This document shows positions 57,000 through 64,000 of a stretch of DNA of 64,000 nucleotides, piece by piece. The first letter of the stretch is position 1. Each line of letters opens with the position of its first letter. A model generated the notes under the pieces. That model was not told where the DNA came from, ran no database searches, and saw only the letters and a program-made list of their open reading frames with translations. This DNA comes from Octopus vulgaris (lineage: Eukaryota), in assembly GCA_951406725.2 (NCBI GenBank), contig OX597818.1, positions 122,388,001 through 122,452,000 on the forward strand, in the 5' to 3' direction. A program made the translations under genes and the position numbers.

Positions 57000-57970
57000 A
57001 ACAGCAAGACTTGCCAGGCAGACAGCATTATTACCACAAATTTTTATAGCCTCAGGAGAGATAGGAAAATTGGGTAGCACGACCTTCCCGTCTAAGTAAC
57101 AAACCCTGGTAGTTTCCCCTTTGAACTTATGCGCTTCACAATACTAACACATGATGTTCATTCTACCTATGCTATCGATACTGTACGGCAGCTCAGGGAC
57201 TTGAGGTATACCACTCAAAATCTCATTGGTCTTGGTTGCATCTTTCTGAGGGGTACTCTGTTATGTCCGTGCGTCTGTTCTTCCGTCTCAGCATTTACTG
57301 CAGCAGCGTGATACAGATAGTTTCACTCACAGCATTGCTGAGATTGCTCAGCAGACTCAGCAGCTCTGACTTCAGCATGTCACTGACGATTCCTTTCTCG
57401 TTCTTGTTGACTGCCCTCATCAGACAATCTAGTTCTGTATGCAGCCATGCACTCAGCATTGGTTTTGGGGTGGAGGCGCAATGGCCCAGTGGTTAGGGCA
57501 GCGGACTCGCGGTCATAGGATCGCGGTTTCGATTCTCAGACCGGGCGTTGTGAGTGTTTATTGAGCGAAAACACCTAAAAGCTCCACGAGGCTCCGGCAG
57601 GGGATGGTGGTGATCCCTGCTGTACTCTTTCACCACAACTTTCTCTCACTCTTACTTCCTGTTTCTGTTGTACCTGTATTTCAAGGGGCCGGCCTTGTCA
57701 CTCTCTGTGTCACGCTGAATATTCCCGAGAACTACGTTAGGGGTGCACGTGTAAAATGCCATGTAATTAGTTTAAAATGCGGTAAAAATAGGGGAGTCAG
57801 AGGCGCCCCAATTAGGCGGCCCTTAAAAAATAGACCCACTTAGGACATTCCTTGGGATTTGGAGAAGTTGCTGGTTTGAGTTTCGATGTCCTTGCCACAA
57901 CACTCTAGGAGGTGTTAACGGACATAAAAACGTAACGGACAGAGAAACATCACTCAAATTTATAATAGGA
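57000..57970 (-). mobile_element. Helitron 5' fragment interrupted by a SINE
   Basis: IGRMNIMC*YCEAHKFKGET...GKVVLP and RAAESAEQ..ETEEQ remnants; A|TCCTATTATAAA 5' terminus at 57970. Confidence 0.75.
57471..57752 (+). mobile_element. tRNA-derived SINE family B, tail type 1
   Basis: tggcccagtgg A box and ggtttcgattc B box; first 185 bp or so shared with the 61711 copy. Confidence 0.85.
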
Positions 57971-57974
57971 TGTA

Positions 57975-59250
57975 TCTGGTTGAGTAAAAAGTAAGCAACG
58001 TTTTGAATCGTTGAAAAATTTGTACCCACTTTTCTGCAGAATTTTGGATGTTTTTTTTTAACATGTTTTTGCAATTGTTTGACAAAACAGACACAAACTT
58101 TCCCAAATGCATCAAGAAATTAACATCGATATTTTTTCACAGTTGTTACAATTATCTAAAATGGAACTGCCAGAGTACGATATTCGAGCAATTTTGCTAT
58201 TAAACTTTAAAAAAGTACGTAAAGTAGCTGAAACTGTTCGTGATATCAACGAAATGTTTGATGAGGAAATGACCAATGAGTGGTCAGCTCGAAAATGATT
58301 TAAACGATTTCGCAGTGGAGATAGAGCCTTGAATTTCGTGAGCGTAGTGGACGCCCATCTGTCATCGATGACGGCCACTTAAAGACCGTCATTGAGAAAG
58401 ATCCACGTAAAACCATTCGAGAACTAGCAAAAGCAATTCAAGTTAGCCAGAAAACTGCCTGTAACTTTTTGCATGTGCTCGGAAAATCAAAATACTCGAC
58501 AAATGGGTACCACACGATTTGAATGAAAATCAAAAAAATGCGCAGATATGGAATTTGCTCATCGCTTCTTTTCCGTAACTAGACCGATCCATTTCTCGAC
58601 CGTATTGTATCTTGCGATGAAAAGTGCATTCTATACAATAATAAAGCACGTTCTTCACTGGCTGAACCAAATGAAGCACCGAAAACCTTCCCTAAACCTG
58701 AGCTCTTCAAAACGAAGGTTATGGTGACTGGTGTATTGCTGGACTCATCCACTACAACTTAAAACCCAGAAAAACCATTACTGCAGAAACATATTGCCAT
58801 GAAATTGCCAAAATGAATGAAAAACTACTACTTCTCCATCCCAGACTGGTCAACGGAAGAGGGCCAATCATTATTCATGATAATGCTCGACCATATGTTT
58901 CGCTAATGATGTTCCAGAAGTTGAGGGAATTTGGCTACAAATTTCTTTCCTACTCAGCTTATTCCCCAGATCTTTTTTCCTATTGACAACCACATTTTCA
59001 AGCACATTGATGGTTTTCTGCGAGAGAAGAAGTTCAAAAATCAAACCGATGCTGAAAGTGCGTTCAAAGAATTCATCAGCTTCAGAATTCCAGATTTTTA
59101 TGTTACCGGAATAAACAAACTTGTGACTCGTAGGCAAAAATGTGTTGGTTGTAATGGTACTTATTTTTATGGATAAAATTTCCGCATTGTTGAAATATAT
59201 TGTGATGAATTTCACGTTTCAGAACGTTGCTTAATTTTTACTCAGCCTGA
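57975..59250 (+). mobile_element. Full-length decayed mariner (about 1.28 kb) with TIRs and TA flanks
   Basis: TA|tctggttgagtaaaaagtaagcaacgttttgaa ... ttcagaacgttgcttaatttttactcagcctga|TA. Confidence 0.93.
58161..59176 (+). pseudogene. mariner DDD transposase pseudogene
   Basis: FKRFRSGD, WVPHDL, FLDRIVSCDEK, HDNARP and YSPDL motifs, with stops and frameshifts. Confidence 0.92.
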
Positions 59251-59254
59251 TATG

Positions 59255-59487
59255 CAGGGTTGGCCAAAAGTCACCTGAGAGTAAATCAAAGTCATTTAAT
59301 TCCAATATTTATTTATGTTTAACAACTGAATGAATTTAATAAAAGCATCTAAATATGAAGCATCATGAAAATTGTTCAAACTGAAGTCTTTCTTGAGCGA
59401 CACATTTTCTCATTCGAGTCAAAATAGAATTAGAGATAGTATTTATGGAAGTTTGATTTACCGTCTGGTGACTTCTGGCCAAGTATG
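59255..59487. mobile_element. Tc1/mariner-like MITE
   Basis: TIRs cagggttggccaaaagtcacc..gtaaatcaaa and tttgatttac..ggtgacttctggccaa. Confidence 0.75.
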
Positions 59488-60319
59488 TATACAGTTAGAA
59501 ACTCACCTACACCCAGATATGTATGTAATTACTGCTGTGTGAACAGTCTTTTACTACATTGCTATTACTTTAATATACTACAGAACCATCAATAAACTTT
59601 TAACCAACGCTGTATATAGCAATGAATGTGAGTCATTACGTCTATATACTCAGTTTGTTCGCAGACATATAAAGAAAGCAAAAGCTGCATATACGGCATA
59701 TTTCAGCTCCGCTTACAGTCTCGTCAGAATCTGTGCACCATATATAATGATCAACGAGCACACTGCTTATAAGCGTGTTGGTATTAGTAGCTAAAGTAAA
59801 CCACATTTGAACAATTTGAATACTTAACACTTTCTTGGCAGCTTGTTCGAATATTTAATAACAGGTGTTTTGAAAATCTATAGACATGTTGCATAGTTAC
59901 ATTATAGCAATGACGCGAATCGCTGTTTAACAAACTAGCAATTTAATATTTGAATTAGCTGTCAAGAAAATGTTAAATATGCAAATTGGTCAATCCGTTT
60001 TACTTTAGCCACTAACATCAGTGCACAGCTGCTGACGAAACTCCAAACAGAATTCAAATGAACAGCATACACACAGCTGTTCCTTCATTTACTGCTCGTG
60101 AACATAGAGTATATATAAATGTAATGTTTACATTCGTCGTAACATTCAGCGTTATTTAAAAATCTACATACCTTTTGTATACTATATTATTGCAATATAT
60201 TTATTCAAGCATGCTGACATCTCTGCATATATACTCTTAAACTCACACAAACACGCAATCACAAGCGCAAGCACACACTAATACGTGTGCACGCATGCAC
60301 ACACATTTAGGTCTCTTGG

Positions 60320-60480
60320 TCAATTTGTCAGTGGATAAGCGTTCAAAACCGATGAGGATATCAAGACGACACTCTGAATATTTTTCTCTTCTAAGGACTA
60401 TAGTTTATTTGCCAGAGCATCAGGAAACTGGTTTCGAGGCAGGGAAATGTTACTTGTAACGATGGTGATTATATTTTAAA
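60320..60480 (+). mobile_element. mariner transposase C-terminal remnant
   Basis: FKTDEDIKTTL*IFFSSKD...NDGDYI. Confidence 0.6.
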
Positions 60481-60541
60481 TACTGATTAGAAATCAGTAC
60501 ATGAAATGTAGCATTACTTTTCAGCATCCCTCATCTATCTG

Positions 60542-60608
<67 letters not shown>

Positions 60609-60650
60609 GTATGTATGTATGTATGTATGTATGTATGTGTCCCTGTGTGC

Positions 60651-60685
<35 letters not shown>

Positions 60686-60741
60686 TATATTTACATATAT
60701 ATATACATACATATACATATATATGTATGCGTATATATCTA

Positions 60742-60802
<61 letters not shown>

Positions 60803-61710
60803 GTATGTATATACATATATGTATGTATGTATCAAGAGTTGAACAGAAAGAATACAAGGAGAAAAGTTAGACGAAAAGTTAGAGCAAACGCGTAAGTAGA
60901 AGAAATCTAAACAGACGGAAAATTAGACAACGACACGACACCCGAAATATTCGCAGCAGAGTTTTCCTCTTCAGTCAAAAACGCAAAATATCATAGCAGT
61001 TTCACGCGAATTACCTATATATATATATATTTCAAGAACACTTCACATCTACACTTATCTATCATTCGACAGGTCAAAAAACGTAGCTCACACACAAAAG
61101 CAAATGGGTCTACGTCTCATTCGATGGTGATTATTCCGAAAGTTTCAAGTGAACTGCTTAAATGATTGAATAAACATATTCCTGACCGAATATTCCATTG
61201 CCATGTTTACTCTTAAAATAATTGTGAACTGGAATTACCAGAGCATAGTGAATGAAAAAGCTGTAGATACAGTTCATGCCACGACCACCCACAGCTTACA
61301 TCTGTCAAATGCCAGCTTGGCTGAGACCAGGGTTTTCCTAAAAGACGCATTTGTTCAAGATGCCACGCAACAGGTGCTTGCCTGGCTGCCTTGTCTAGAG
61401 GTGTACTTTGCAACCACGTGGTCTGGTTTTCAGTCCCATTGTCTTCACCATGAGCATGATTCTTCTGCTCCGGGGCAGCAAATACCTTGCCAGCGAATTT
61501 GGTAGACGGAAGCTGTGAAGAAGCACATCGTGTGTGTGTGTGTATGTGTACGTGTGTGTGTGTGTGTGTGTGTGCGTGTGTTTTGTGTAAATATATACGT
61601 ACATATGCATACATACACATTTACATACATACTTACACCCCCCACACACGTACACACTGCCGCTTCGCAGTCTTCTGAACCCATATCTTATACTACAAAT
61701 TTGTATACAG

Positions 61711-62004
61711 TGGAGGCGCAATGGCCCAGTGGTTAGGGCAGCCGACTCGCGGTTGTAGGATCGCGGTTTCGATTCCCAGACCGGGCGTTGTGAGTGTTTA
61801 TTGAGCGAAACCACCTAAAGCTCCACGAGGCTCCGGCAGGGAGTGGTGGCGATCCCTGATGTACTCTTTCGCTACAACTTTCTCTCACTCTTTCTTCTGT
61901 TGGCCTGCTCGCTTAGCCAGCGGGGTGGCGTCATTTGAAGGCTAAAGCAATGCGAAGCGATGTGTAGCAACATCTGATAGCCTGGTCGGTCACAGTGGTC
62001 ACGA
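61711..62004 (+). mobile_element. SINE family B, tail type 2
   Basis: Head as at 57471; sequence diverges after ctctcactctt. Confidence 0.85.
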
Positions 62005-62041
62005 TGTACATGCATACATCTCTCTCTTTCTCCACACACAC

Positions 62042-62082
<41 letters not shown>

Positions 62083-62186
62083 GAGAAAGAGAGAGATGTA
62101 TGCATGTACACCGTGACCACCGTGACCGACCAGGCTATCAGATGTTGCTACACATCGCTGGTCACAATGCGCTTCGCATTGCTTTA
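61943..62186. repeat. Near-perfect inverted duplication centred on a CA/TA/TG microsatellite
   Basis: aaagcaatgcgaagcg..catgcatacatctctctctttctccaca vs tgtggagaaagagagagatgtatgcatg..cgcttcgcattgcttt. Confidence 0.92.
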
Positions 62187-64000
62187 TATATATATATATA
62201 TACACACACATGCATGTGTGTGGCATTGAGTCTGTGTTTCTTCACCTTCCACCACCAATCAATCGTTGTTAGATTTTTTTTACGTTCTGTAAATTAGGAT
62301 TTCTGCAAATAAGACAGCTAGGATAGACAGACTTTGAAAAGTGAGCACTGGACTCAGAAGGTATCACCTTCAACGTGATTTTCTAGCATGGTTGTAATCT
62401 AGTGTCTGAAACAAGTAAACCGTAATAAATAAATAGGACCGATCCCGGGACTCATGTTTGCGAAGCGAAGCGAACTTCTGAACCATTCCTTCATAACTGC
62501 GTTGATACACATACAAAATGAAAAGAATGAAACCGTCAGCAATACGTATAGAAACTGCTTATTCAGCATAACGTGTTTTAATGTCAAGATTCAACTGCGG
62601 GTGATGTGGAACGAAGATAAGAATACTAGTGACGGCGTGGTGGTGGCCGTGGCATGGTTGTAGAGGTTGGGGGATTCTGGAGTCCGCTATTAGCATAACA
62701 GTAATAGTGGTGGTGGTGGTGGTGATGTTCGCTTTATCGGAACAGGTAATAGTAATGGAGATGGTAACGGCGGTGGAGATGGTGGTGGTGGTGTATGTGT
62801 ATTAGCGTAATTGGTAAAGGTAGTAGTTGCGGTGGTAGCTATTGCAGGCGTGGTGGTACACATGCTGTGCTGGAGGTTATAATTGTGACGATATTGGTGG
62901 TATGGGTAATGTTGGGTATGGTTGAAGTTGAGGGAGATAGTAGTAATATTAGTGGTGGTGTTTGTAGTAACGGTAGTAACACCAGTGGCCGGGAAGGTGG
63001 CGTGTGGTGGAAGGTTAAAGCTGAGAGAAAGATGTGGCGAAAACGCAGACAGAAGAATCAATAAAGAGTGAATGAATCACTCAAAATGGAACACGAGAAG
63101 AGAAAGAAAAACAATATGATGAAGAAGTAGAAGAAAAAGGAGAGTAAGTAGCAGGATTAGAAGATAGAAAAGAAAAGAAAATGAAATTATTGGAAGGAAG
63201 AAGTAGTGAATGAAGAAATTGAAAAAAAAAAAACGAAGCTGATGAGGATAATGAAGACGATGTCGATGGCAATGGTCATGGTGATGACAATAAAAAATAT
63301 TGCTTTTGTTGGACCCCCAAGGGCCGTAGTCAGTGAAGATAATCCAAGAGGACACAATATAACACTTAATATATGGGGTTTACATCGATCAAAAGGAAAT
63401 CGGAAAAAAGTAAGATATAACAAAATGTATAATAAAAGATCTAAAAAATATAATACAAACAAAAAATATTTTCAGCAAGAAAAATGAATCGATCCCAAAT
63501 GTAATTCGATGGGAAACCCACATAATAAGGCCGGATTACCTTGCTATTTCCAAGGAATCAGGCTTGCACTTTCCCAATTTCTTTACCCAAACTTAAACAG
63601 AAAATAAAATAAAAACAATACATGCATGATAAGCCCATTCATATTTACCAGTCTTGCATTCACATTTTGATGAATACAGTAGATGGCAGCATCCACCTCT
63701 CCATACAAACATTCCTGTTCAAGTAGCATTTGAAGAAGCTGATAAGAAATTGGCTTGATGGGTAAACTTATCGTTTCCAAATATGACAGTCTGCCTTGCA
63801 CATCGCAAACCTGTTTCGCCACTGCTACCACCAAGCCAAGAAAAAATTGCCTCTTCCCTACCAAATGCAGGTTATAGGTCGATTTTCACTATAAACTATG
63901 TTGACAGCCGAACTCTTCCTACGCGTGACAGTAGCTGTTCAACACAAGCCAACAAGTCGCTAATATACAAACACTGAACGATGGACTGACTTCCCTGACT

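Noticed and set aside
62690-63061. Pro/Thr-rich 123-aa ORF
   Set aside because: Derived from decayed GGT/AGT trinucleotide repeats

Overview
AT-rich, microsatellite-saturated, non-coding eukaryotic DNA, probably cephalopod (Octopus-like), judged from the tRNA-derived SINE repertoire (inference). No host protein-coding gene is recognisable, and nearly all ORFs in the track are microsatellite artefacts. The window is a transposable-element patchwork: four tRNA-SINE families, R4/Dong-type REL-endonuclease LINE pieces in (TAA)n arrays (one with an intact frame of about 510 codons), Penelope-like element (PLE) remnants of two RT types, Helitron/Helentron pieces, a full-length decayed mariner, MITEs and an RTE remnant. 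The most striking signal is about 11 hammerhead-ribozyme (HHR) motifs in at least five unrelated short elements. These include a canonical HHR in a 290-bp partial tandem (retrozyme-like), a CCGACGA-core variant with compensatory base pairs, and a tRNA-headed SINE-like element carrying an HHR and arranged as a head-to-head palindrome. Also notable are an internally deleted Dong derivative, a 555-bp (TAA)n-associated non-tRNA element, and repeated inverted duplications centred on microsatellites. Everything was read by eye, so boundaries are approximate and no database search or folding was run.
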